From an uncultured Alphaproteobacteria bacterium (lineage in GTDB: Bacteria; Pseudomonadota; Alphaproteobacteria; Rs-D84): a stretch of 32,000 bases of DNA. Positions 7,432 through 14,581 of this stretch are shown here, piece by piece. The stretch is taken from assembly GCA_963931495.1 (NCBI GenBank), contig OZ007020.1:360001-392000 (forward strand), written 5' to 3'. A program made the position numbers and the translations under genes. The notes under the pieces are model-generated. The model was not told the origin of the DNA, made no database searches, and saw nothing but the letters and a program-made list of their open reading frames with translations. How positions within the stretch are numbered: the stretch's first letter is position 1; each line of letters opens with the position of its first letter.

Positions 7432-8382
7432 TTATCGCTGTAAAACCTGGGGCGCGAATTGTTGAATAAATTTTTGTTCCGCGTTTTTGAATTCACGCGA
7501 TATATTGGTGACTGATTTTTTGAATATGTCTTGTTCTGGGGCGATTCCAGTCTTTTGTATCATGCGAACGCGTGCAGACACCAGTTCTTCGTATAATATA
7601 TCGGCAAAACGTTCAAATCGCATATGTGGGGTCGTGTCCCATGTGGCAATGGCGTTGCATATGCCCCGCCGGCGTGACAGTAATGACTGGGCCCCCATAT
7701 AATTTGACAGTGGGTCATTGTCGTATATCGGAATGTCGTGACCGATTTTGATGTCGTTTGCGTCGCGACCATAGAAAAACGCACGGTGCATATAATAATG
7801 AAAATGGCGCATGTTGGCATGATTACGATGGGCAATGCCGTTGACCATGTGTTCTGCGCGTGCCAATTCATCACGCAATGATATGCGGGCGTATTGGTAT
7901 GTTTGGTTGTATATATCACCGAATGTCGCGTTCGGCATCATAAAATATGTCTGGGTGAATATCTGGCGTGGCCATTGACGCATTATTGACCAGCATGCAT
8001 ATCGGGTTAATTTGGCGTCTGGGGCGTTTGTTTTGTTTATTGTCTGGTTGCCGTCATTGATTTGATAGTTGTTATGTATCGTCGCAATGTGACCAGTATA
8101 GAAATTATAAAAGTTTTGCGGAATACGTTCGTTATCTGAATTATGTCGGCGGATTTTTTCAAATGTTTTGCGATTAATTGCGTCGCGACCAATTGTGTCA
8201 ATGTCGTCGTGGTGACCCATGTATAATGGACCAAATAAATTATATAAATCAGAAAATAACCAATATTCGCATTCGGATGTTATGGCGGCGCCAGAAAACA
8301 GGGTGGGGGGATTATCGTCATATGTGCTGTGGGTGCAACGATTCAATTGATTGTAAATATTTTCAGATTTTTCGTGTGCCAT
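7432..8382 (-). CDS. DinD-like (DNA-damage-inducible protein D family) protein, divergent
   Basis: TFEKIRRHNSDNE, KLTRYACWSIMRQ and TQTYFMM line up with the recalled DinD core FENI+R..E.G, L[ST]RYACYLIAQNGDP and AQTYFAxQTR. The N-terminus is extended and the rest is diverged. Confidence 0.45.
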   Translation of the reverse strand: MAHEKSENIYNQLNRCTHSTYDDNPPTLFSGAAITSECEYWLFSDLYNLFGPLYMGHHDDIDTIGRDAINRKTFEKIRRHNSDNERIPQNFYNFYTGHIATIHNNYQINDGNQTINKTNAPDAKLTRYACWSIMRQWPRQIFTQTYFMMPNATFGDIYNQTYQYARISLRDELARAEHMVNGIAHRNHANMRHFHYYMHRAFFYGRDANDIKIGHDIPIYDNDPLSNYMGAQSLLSRRRGICNAIATWDTTPHMRFERFADILYEELVSARVRMIQKTGIAPEQDIFKKSVTNISREFKNAEQKFIQQFAPQVLQR

Positions 8383-8404
8383 TTTTTGTCCCCTGGGGTG
8401 ATTA

Positions 8405-8629
8405 TTATTTTTGTTCTTCTATGTTCGCCAATGAAAACAAAACAGACGAAATCAATGATTGGTATGGGACGTGTTGTTGATCGGCCAATTGTTTTATGCG
8501 TTCCAAAATCTGGTGCGGAATGCGCATGTTTATCACACTGTCAGATTTATTAAATGCGCGATATGCCGCATATTCTTTCAGTAAAGATTCTATGTTCATT
8601 ATGAACAGTTGTTGCATTACGTTTGGCAT
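8405..8629 (-). CDS. CopG/ribbon-helix-helix antitoxin-like protein
   Basis: INMRIPHQILERIKQLADQQHVPYQSLISSVL matches the RHH antitoxin pattern (beta strand IxIRLP, then ..GIPYQ[ST]LI). The ATG at 8629 follows aggggg, and the listed 8647 start is also possible. It sits 22 nt upstream of the DinD-like gene. Confidence 0.55.
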   Translation of the reverse strand: MPNVMQQLFIMNIESLLKEYAAYRAFNKSDSVINMRIPHQILERIKQLADQQHVPYQSLISSVLFSLANIEEQK

Positions 8630-8776
8630 ACACAACCCCCTATACATACGGCAATACCGCCGTCTTTACAACGAACTATACCATTGTATTGGCATTTGTC
8701 AATACATTTGTAATTGCGGGTGTATGCACGGGTGTGATGGCGTTTGTAGGGGCGTGTGTGTGACACTGTTTTTGGG

Positions 8777-8806
8777 GCGCAAAATCTTGCTTTTTATGTT
8801 TTGCGC
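8777..8806. repeat. 8-bp perfect inverted repeat upstream of tolB
   Basis: gcgcaaaa (8777-8784) and ttttgcgc (8799-8806) with a 14-nt spacer, 44 nt before the tolB ATG. tataaa follows directly. Confidence 0.35.
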
Positions 8807-8849
8807 ATATAAAATTATTGTGTCTTTTGTTCGCAGGAAAGGTTCAGAT

Positions 8850-10169
8850 ATGATAAAGAAAATAATCTTTGGTGTGATGGCCGTAATGATGATTGCGTTT
8901 CCGGTCCATGCAGAAATCAAGGTTGATATTATTGCAAATGCAGCCGAACCAATATCGGTCGCAGTTCAGAAAATTGAACCCGTTGGTGATGTTGATGCAG
9001 ACGATCTGGAAATGATACGTGATGTTGTTGATGCAGATTTGAAATCAACCGGACTGTTTCGTATTGTGTCGCGTGATGCGTTGCCTGAATTTGTAAAAAT
9101 GGGAAATATGCCTGATTTTGAACTGTGGGATGCGGTGCGTGCCCAAGTTCTGGTCCAGGCAAAATTGGCCGCGGAATCTGGGGGGCGGTACAGTTTGGAA
9201 TTTTATGTATGGGATGTAAATGGCCGTGAACAGATAGAAGCACAGAGTTTGGTCGCATCACGTAAATCTGTGCGGCGGTTGGCGCATATTATGGCGGATG
9301 CAATTTATGAACGTCTGACCGGTGAAGTCGGATATTTTGATACGCAAATTGTATTCATTGCGGAAACAGGACCTGTTGGTAACAGAATAAAGCGGATGGC
9401 AATAATGGACCAAGATGGTCATGGAATGCGATATTTATCAGATGAAGATACTTTTGTTATGTCGCCCCATTTTTCGCCGAATATGCAAACAATTGTGTTT
9501 TTGTCTTTCCGTGATGATGATCCAATGGTCTGGACGCTGGATTTGGAAACAGGGGAACAGCGTCGGTTGGGCCAATTTGGCGGGATGAACTTTGCCCCGC
9601 GGTTTTCGCCAGATGGTACTAAAATTGCACTGTCGTTGGTTAAAAACGGCATAACGCACATATATGAATACGACATTGAGTCAAAAAAGTTGCGTCAATT
9701 AACCTTCGGGCGTTCGCTGAACACCAGTCCGTCTTATTCCCCAGATGGTAAAAAAATGGCTTTTAATTCTGATCGCAGTGGTAACCAGCAAATTTATGTG
9801 TTGGATCTGGAATCAGGGGATGTGGAACGTATAACATATGGGGCTGGGCGATATGCAACCCCGGCATGGTCCCCAGATGGGCAATTTATCGCATTTACAA
9901 AAATTGCCGACGATACGTTCTATATTGGCATTATGAATCCGCGGGGACGTAATGAAAAAATATTGGCCGGTGGATGGTATATGGAGGCCCCATCCTGGGC
10001 CCCGGGTTCACGGCGTCTGGTGTATTATGAAACAGAAAAGGCACTGGATGGTATTGAACGTATCAGTCATATTCGCAGTGTGGATATTACCGGACAGAAT
10101 ATATATGATATTGAATTGCCAGATGGTATAAATGGGGTTGAACCAACGTGGTCACCAAAGTTGCCCTAG
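8850..10169 (+). CDS. tolB: Tol-Pal system periplasmic beta-propeller protein TolB
   Basis: ATG at 8850 follows aggaaagg. Signal peptide MIKKIIFGVMAVMMIAFPVHA. Repeated propeller blades (SPxFSPDG, SPSYSPDGKKMAF, PAWSPDGQFIAF, EPTWSP). The listed 8496 start adds a non-homologous 118-aa extension. Confidence 0.92.
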   Translation: MIKKIIFGVMAVMMIAFPVHAEIKVDIIANAAEPISVAVQKIEPVGDVDADDLEMIRDVVDADLKSTGLFRIVSRDALPEFVKMGNMPDFELWDAVRAQVLVQAKLAAESGGRYSLEFYVWDVNGREQIEAQSLVASRKSVRRLAHIMADAIYERLTGEVGYFDTQIVFIAETGPVGNRIKRMAIMDQDGHGMRYLSDEDTFVMSPHFSPNMQTIVFLSFRDDDPMVWTLDLETGEQRRLGQFGGMNFAPRFSPDGTKIALSLVKNGITHIYEYDIESKKLRQLTFGRSLNTSPSYSPDGKKMAFNSDRSGNQQIYVLDLESGDVERITYGAGRYATPAWSPDGQFIAFTKIADDTFYIGIMNPRGRNEKILAGGWYMEAPSWAPGSRRLVYYETEKALDGIERISHIRSVDITGQNIYDIELPDGINGVEPTWSPKLP

Positions 10170-10561
10170 GGCTGGGGATTTCATTGATATCGGGCGTGGC
10201 ATATGCGATGCCGGCGGTTGTTGACTATGTGATTGACGGCGATACGTTTGGCGCACATGTGTTGGTAAGTGACGATATCAATGTTGATGTGCGTGTACGA
10301 ATCGCAAATATTGATGCCCCAGAAATTCATGGTCGGTGTGAATTTGAAACGATGTTGGCACACCGGGCCCGTGACCGGTTGGCGGAATTGTTGCCAATTG
10401 GTGAATCCGTTGATTTAACAGATGTTCGTGATGATAAATATCTGGGGCGTATTGACGCCCGTGTTATTCATGCAAAACATGGCGACGTTGGCCGCGTTAT
10501 GATGACAGAAAATTTAGCGCGCAAATATGATGGCGGGCACCGTGATGGATGGTGTGATTAA
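10148..10561 (+). CDS. Secreted thermonuclease (staphylococcal nuclease, SNase-like) family protein
   Basis: VIDGDTF, VRIANIDAPE and DKYLGRIDARV are SNase fold motifs. The GTG start at 10148 gives the signal peptide MVTKVALGLGISLISGVAYA and overlaps the tolB end by 22 nt. The ATG at 10208 is an alternative. Confidence 0.75.
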   Translation: MVTKVALGLGISLISGVAYAMPAVVDYVIDGDTFGAHVLVSDDINVDVRVRIANIDAPEIHGRCEFETMLAHRARDRLAELLPIGESVDLTDVRDDKYLGRIDARVIHAKHGDVGRVMMTENLARKYDGGHRDGWCD

Positions 10562-10752
10562 GTGCACAGTTAATATATTACTTGCAAAACTACTATAAAA
10601 CCAGTACCGAATGCAAAGAATGTCCATCGCCAGGTACCAGTGATAACAATAATTCAAATGGAATTACAGATTGTTATATCCCGGCGGGTACCACCGGCAG
10701 TGATTCAACCGGTTCGTTTATGTATGTATCTGATTGTCATTATTCAAATTAA
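10558..10752 (+). pseudogene. Orphan 3' fragment of a cysteine-rich secreted-protein gene
   Basis: Open frame ..LQNYYKTSTECKECPSPGTSDNNNSNGITDCYIPAGTTGSDSTGSFMYVSDCHYSN* with no ATG, SD or signal peptide. It matches the C-terminus CTPCPSHSSGT...SITECYVIPNKFTGSDTTGS of 20760..21635, including the shared DNA 12-mer accggcagtgat. Confidence 0.6.
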
Positions 10753-10777
10753 AATCCCGCAATATGCGGGATTTTTT
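10751..10777. terminator. Bidirectional rho-independent terminator
   Basis: aaaatcccgc-aatat-gcgggatttttt. It is shared by the + strand fragment and the convergent plsC, whose stop overlaps the T-run. Confidence 0.8.
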
Positions 10778-11483
10778 ATGCACTGTGGCGGTTGATGGCC
10801 GCAGATATTTCGTCCAATGATGCGTTACAAGGTAACATGGGTTCAAACCATACATTTGCCGTGCCTGGGCGCATTTTTCCACGCTTTGGCCAGTACAGTC
10901 CCGTATCTGTTCCAACCGGTAATATTGGTAATTTTAATTCATGGGCCAGAAATAACAAACCGCGTTTTAATTTTACTTTTTGTCCCGGCTTTGCACGTGT
11001 GCCTTCGGGGAATATTATCAGTACCATGCCGTCCATAATCTTTTTTGCCACGGCGTTTGTTAATTTATGCATGTTTGTTGCACCACGTGCACGATTTACC
11101 GGCTGTAACCCCATGCGCCAAAATGCCCATCCGTAAATCGGAATCCACAATAATTCGCGCTTTATTATAAAAAATGCATGTGGCAATTTGGTTGTTAATA
11201 TCGCAACTTCCAGTATGGACATGTGTTTTGCGGCAACAATCGCTTTGCCATCCAGACGTATGTTTCCGTTTGGGGTCATTGGGATACCATTTTCTTCGTT
11301 TGGTGGAAAATGCAATGTGTACTTTATCCCAGCGACCAATCGGGCAATGCCCAGCACACCGCGCGCGCATGTGCGTATTAAAAAACGTATTAATGATTTG
11401 GATATTAACCCAATTAACAAAATCGGTGACCATAAAACAAAATACAGTCCCAGTGTAATTTTGAAAAGAATTGTTCTGAACAT
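10776..11483 (-). CDS. plsC: 1-acyl-sn-glycerol-3-phosphate acyltransferase
   Basis: AAKHMSILEVAIL (HX4D box with Glu in place of Asp), FPEGTR and an N-terminal TM helix. The start at 11483 (MFRTILFK) is preferred, and the listed 11537 would overlap the upstream gene by 32 nt. Confidence 0.8.
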   Translation of the reverse strand: MFRTILFKITLGLYFVLWSPILLIGLISKSLIRFLIRTCARGVLGIARLVAGIKYTLHFPPNEENGIPMTPNGNIRLDGKAIVAAKHMSILEVAILTTKLPHAFFIIKRELLWIPIYGWAFWRMGLQPVNRARGATNMHKLTNAVAKKIMDGMVLIIFPEGTRAKPGQKVKLKRGLLFLAHELKLPILPVGTDTGLYWPKRGKMRPGTANVWFEPMLPCNASLDEISAAINRHSA

Positions 11484-11505
11484 TACTGTTTTTTCCTTTT
11501 GATTA

Positions 11506-12015
11506 CTATCGTTCTTTGATTCCGCAAAGTGTTGCAATGTATTTTATATATTCTGTGGCCCATCTTTCAAGTCTTTTTGCAGGCGGCATCCCAGATAATG
11601 GTACCGGGCATGCGATTATTTCTGAATCTGGAATTTCATGTTGTATCAAGTGACGCGCGCGATTCATGTGGTCTTCGGTTGTAATTAAAACGATCCTGTC
11701 CAGTCCAGTGCGTGTCGCAATTTTTTTTATTGCCAATGCATTTTGATATGTTGATTCTGATTCGGATTCAATCGTTACACGACGGTTTATTTCATATGAA
11801 CCATCATCGCCCGCACCAATGATATACAGGTCTGTATTTGGATATGTGCGTAATTTACGCATTGCAAACGGAATGCGGCGCATGTCACCGGTTAATACAA
11901 AAATACTGTCGTCTGGCAATATTTCGTTACACTGTGACGGTGTAGAAAACTTAAACGCCATTCCACCAATCGCAACGCATGTCAGAAGTAATAAAGACGA
12001 TGTTAATAATCTCAT
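11506..12015 (-). CDS. DUF218 / YdcF-ElyC-like protein
   Basis: N-terminal TM segment. IFVLTGDMRRIPFAMRKL..LYIIGAG and VLITTEDHMNRARH follow the DUF218 pattern. The start overlaps the ftsX stop by 4 nt. Confidence 0.65.
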   Translation of the reverse strand: MRLLTSSLLLLTCVAIGGMAFKFSTPSQCNEILPDDSIFVLTGDMRRIPFAMRKLRTYPNTDLYIIGAGDDGSYEINRRVTIESESESTYQNALAIKKIATRTGLDRIVLITTEDHMNRARHLIQHEIPDSEIIACPVPLSGMPPAKRLERWATEYIKYIATLCGIKER

Positions 12016-12851
12016 TCTTCGTTTTTAAGAATATTCAATGTTGTGCGTTTTGTCATCCAAATTGCGAATATTATTATAACAATTGGCAATAATAACAATG
12101 TAATCCATCCCGCCCCAGATATGTCCAACATTGCCATTAACCCAACGCGTGCACTGTGCGCGGTTGACAGTATTAACAGTAATACTGGGGCCGCAACAAC
12201 AAATCCAATTCCACCCGCAATTGTACATATTTTTGCAATAATAATTTGCATCTGGTGGGCAACATATGCGTCTGTGGCGCCAATTTGGTTTAATATTTCC
12301 AGTTCGCGTCGGTGCAACAATGCCATATTACGTGTGATATACGATATGCACAGACCAATTGCCCCCAGGGTCAGCACTAATACAAACGATGCAATCAGAA
12401 TCATTTTCCATCCGGCCGATGTTGATGCGTTTAACGCATCGGCATGTGTTAAAAAACGCGCATATTTTGATATCTGGGGGCCGATTTGTTCCATGGCATC
12501 GGTTGTGGTAAATTCAACTTCATACATTTTTGGCAGATAGTTTTCCAATGCCCCACCGCCAGAAATCCATGGCCGCATTAAATCACGCATTTGTTCAGTT
12601 GTTATTTCTGTGACATGGGTTATTTTGTCAGTGTTTTCATCAAAAATCTTTTTTACATTTGCTGTATTATCAGTATCCATAATCTGGACAGTGGCGTATA
12701 AATCCCATTGCGAATTCCAGCGAATAACCCCCGTGCCAATTGCCAATGACATGCCCAATGCAATTACCGCCAGAAAAGTTAATAACGACATTATTGCCGT
12801 CATGAAAACGGATTGGTCTTTGATTACAGAAAATACAATGGGCTTTTTCAT
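12012..12851 (-). CDS. ftsX: Cell division ABC transporter permease FtsX
   Basis: Four predicted TM segments with a large first periplasmic loop. ELEILNQIGATDAYVAHQ box. Directly abuts ftsE. Confidence 0.85.
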   Translation of the reverse strand: MKKPIVFSVIKDQSVFMTAIMSLLTFLAVIALGMSLAIGTGVIRWNSQWDLYATVQIMDTDNTANVKKIFDENTDKITHVTEITTEQMRDLMRPWISGGGALENYLPKMYEVEFTTTDAMEQIGPQISKYARFLTHADALNASTSAGWKMILIASFVLVLTLGAIGLCISYITRNMALLHRRELEILNQIGATDAYVAHQMQIIIAKICTIAGGIGFVVAAPVLLLILSTAHSARVGLMAMLDISGAGWITLLLLPIVIIIFAIWMTKRTTLNILKNEE

Positions 12852-13655
12852 TTATGCGTTTCCGATGTCATCAAATTGTTTTGATAATTCTGTGAAGTAA
12901 TTTTGTGGTTTGGGGCCTTTCCACAACTTTTTTCCAATGTTTTGTGTTGTTGATTGACCGGCGGCCTTGGTGGGTGCGCCGTTTGTAAAACTGACCCGGT
13001 GATTTTCAACACGAATAACAGGGTATTTATATGTTTCTATTAATTTAGTGCTGTGTGTGGCCAATATAATTGTTGTGCCAAATGCACGATTCATTTGCAC
13101 AAACAATTCCATCAGGCGTGACGCGTTTTCGTCGTCCAGATTGCCCGTCGGTTCGTCGGCCAATAATATTGCCGGCTGGATAATAATTGCACGCGCAACG
13201 GATACACGTTGCTGTTGACCGCCAGACAGTTCGCGCGGGTTGGCATTGGCATATTTGCCCAATCCGACCCATTCCAGTGTTTTGGATACCAGTTTCTGTA
13301 TCTTGGATTCTGGAAAGTTTCGTACCCGCAGTGGTAACGCAATGTTATCAAACACAGACATATGTGATAACAGTGAATATTCTTGGAATACAATTGCCAT
13401 TTTGTGACGCAGTTTTGCAATCTCGTCCCGCGTCATATCATTGGTTATGTGACCAAATAATTTAATCTGGCCCCGGCATGGTTTGTGTAATTGATATATT
13501 AAACGCAGTAACGTTGTCTTGCCCGCACCAGATGCCCCAGATAAAAAGTAAAATCCGCCAGAACTGATATTAAATGATACATCAGACAGTATTTCGTGCG
13601 TGTCATCATAACGCGCACCAACATTGGCAAAAGATATCGCAGTGTTATCTGGCAT
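12852..13655 (-). CDS. ftsE: Cell division ATP-binding protein FtsE (with a C-terminal tail of roughly 45 aa)
   Basis: Walker A GASGAGKTT, signature LSGGQQQRVSVARA, Walker B ILLADEPTGNLD. Adjacent to ftsX. Confidence 0.9.
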   Translation of the reverse strand: MPDNTAISFANVGARYDDTHEILSDVSFNISSGGFYFLSGASGAGKTTLLRLIYQLHKPCRGQIKLFGHITNDMTRDEIAKLRHKMAIVFQEYSLLSHMSVFDNIALPLRVRNFPESKIQKLVSKTLEWVGLGKYANANPRELSGGQQQRVSVARAIIIQPAILLADEPTGNLDDENASRLMELFVQMNRAFGTTIILATHSTKLIETYKYPVIRVENHRVSFTNGAPTKAAGQSTTQNIGKKLWKGPKPQNYFTELSKQFDDIGNA

Positions 13656-13717
13656 GATAAAAAATCATAGTAAAAAAATTTTTTTCGGTCAAGTTGCACA
13701 AAATATAAATTTATTAT

Positions 13718-13746
13718 TTGGAATGAATGCTTATTTGTGATATAGT
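13718..13746 (+). promoter_or_regulatory. Putative promoter (TTGGAA-17 nt-TGaTATAGT extended -10) for the barrel gene
   Basis: TTGGAA at 13718-13723, TG at 13738-13739 and TATAGT at 13741-13746. Contains the 11-mer atttgtgatat also found upstream of fibre gene 1. Confidence 0.45.
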
Positions 13747-13775
13747 TACAGTAAATTTTATGGAGTTATGGAAGG

Positions 13776-14519
13776 ATGAAAAAAATAATTTCTTTTGCTG
13801 TGTTGGCTGGTTTGTCTGTGTCTGCGTATGCGGCACCGATGTATCCAACGTATGTATCCAGTAATTCGTATGTTGATGCGAATTACAGCGGTGACAGTCT
13901 GTACAGATATGCCGACCGTGAAAAAACAAATTGGTATGCCACAATTCGTGCCGAATTGGCTTTGTTGAATTGGACGAATACGTATTCAATGCAAGAAACT
14001 GCACCAACAGATGCGGGATTTGGCGGGGATAAATATTCACTGGAACCGGTGTTTGGTGGCAACTTGGCGGTTGGTCATAAGTTTACAGATGCATGGCGTG
14101 CGGAACTGGAAGCCGGCTATATCGGATATTTTTCTGATACTGATCCGATTTCACACTTTACAATGCAGATTCCGTATTTAATGGTGAATGGATTTTATGA
14201 TTTTCAAAATGGATTTTATCTGGGGGCGGGCGTTGGTGTGTCGCTGGTTATAACAGAAATTGATACGTTGATGTCTACGCCGGAAAATCGCTATAACACC
14301 GGGGCATCGCCAATGGGGGCGGTTATGTTGGGTTATGCGCTGGAACTGGGTAATGATTTTGTTCTGGATGTGCGGTACAGATTGTCTGGGATGATGGGGG
14401 ACCAGCATCGTTTCTATCCGACAGAACTGTTTGATGGCAGTGCAACGTTCTGGGTGCAAAATGAAATTGGATTCATACTGGATAATTCACTGTCGGTCGG
14501 GTTGCGATATGAATTTTAG
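13776..14519 (+). CDS. Outer-membrane beta-barrel protein, Omp25/Omp31 (OMP_b-brl) type
   Basis: Signal peptide MKKIISFAVLAGLSVSAYA. Alternating amphipathic strands rich in G/Y. Terminal SLSVGLRYEF with C-terminal Phe, typical of OMP insertion signals. Confidence 0.8.
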   Translation: MKKIISFAVLAGLSVSAYAAPMYPTYVSSNSYVDANYSGDSLYRYADREKTNWYATIRAELALLNWTNTYSMQETAPTDAGFGGDKYSLEPVFGGNLAVGHKFTDAWRAELEAGYIGYFSDTDPISHFTMQIPYLMVNGFYDFQNGFYLGAGVGVSLVITEIDTLMSTPENRYNTGASPMGAVMLGYALELGNDFVLDVRYRLSGMMGDQHRFYPTELFDGSATFWVQNEIGFILDNSLSVGLRYEF

Positions 14520-14531
14520 TATAAAATGCTG

Positions 14532-14561
14532 TTGACCCGATTCGGACATTTGTGATATCAT
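14532..14561 (+). promoter_or_regulatory. Putative promoter (TTGACC-18 nt-TATCAT with TG extension) for the fibre array
   Basis: TTGACC at 14532-14537, TG at 14553-14554 and TATCAT at 14556-14561, 20 nt before the ATG at 14582. Confidence 0.5.
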
Positions 14562-14581
14562 TAAACAGGTAGAGAGAATTT

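Noticed and set aside
8496-8849. 118-aa N-terminal extension of the TolB ORF
   Set aside because: The extension is Cys/Ile/Tyr-rich junk covering the divergent promoter region and the 3' side of the RHH gene on the other strand. A proper SD plus signal peptide begins at 8850.
12043-12540. 165-aa + strand ORF. Other long antisense ORFs were considered at 21876..22352, 22368..22784, 27571..27951, 27970..28320, 5102..5575 and 10792..11136.
   Set aside because: Each lies antisense to a confidently identified gene (ftsX, yqaA-like, rbfA, fabF, the Cys-rich gene, plsC) and has no motif or translation signals of its own.
12852-12990. C-terminal tail of FtsE (roughly 45 aa) as a fused extra domain
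   Set aside because: The tail is real in the ORF (..NGAPTKAAGQSTTQNIGKKLWKGPKPQNYFTELSKQFDDIGNA). It is short and low-complexity, with no motif I recognise. It is noted in the feature call only.
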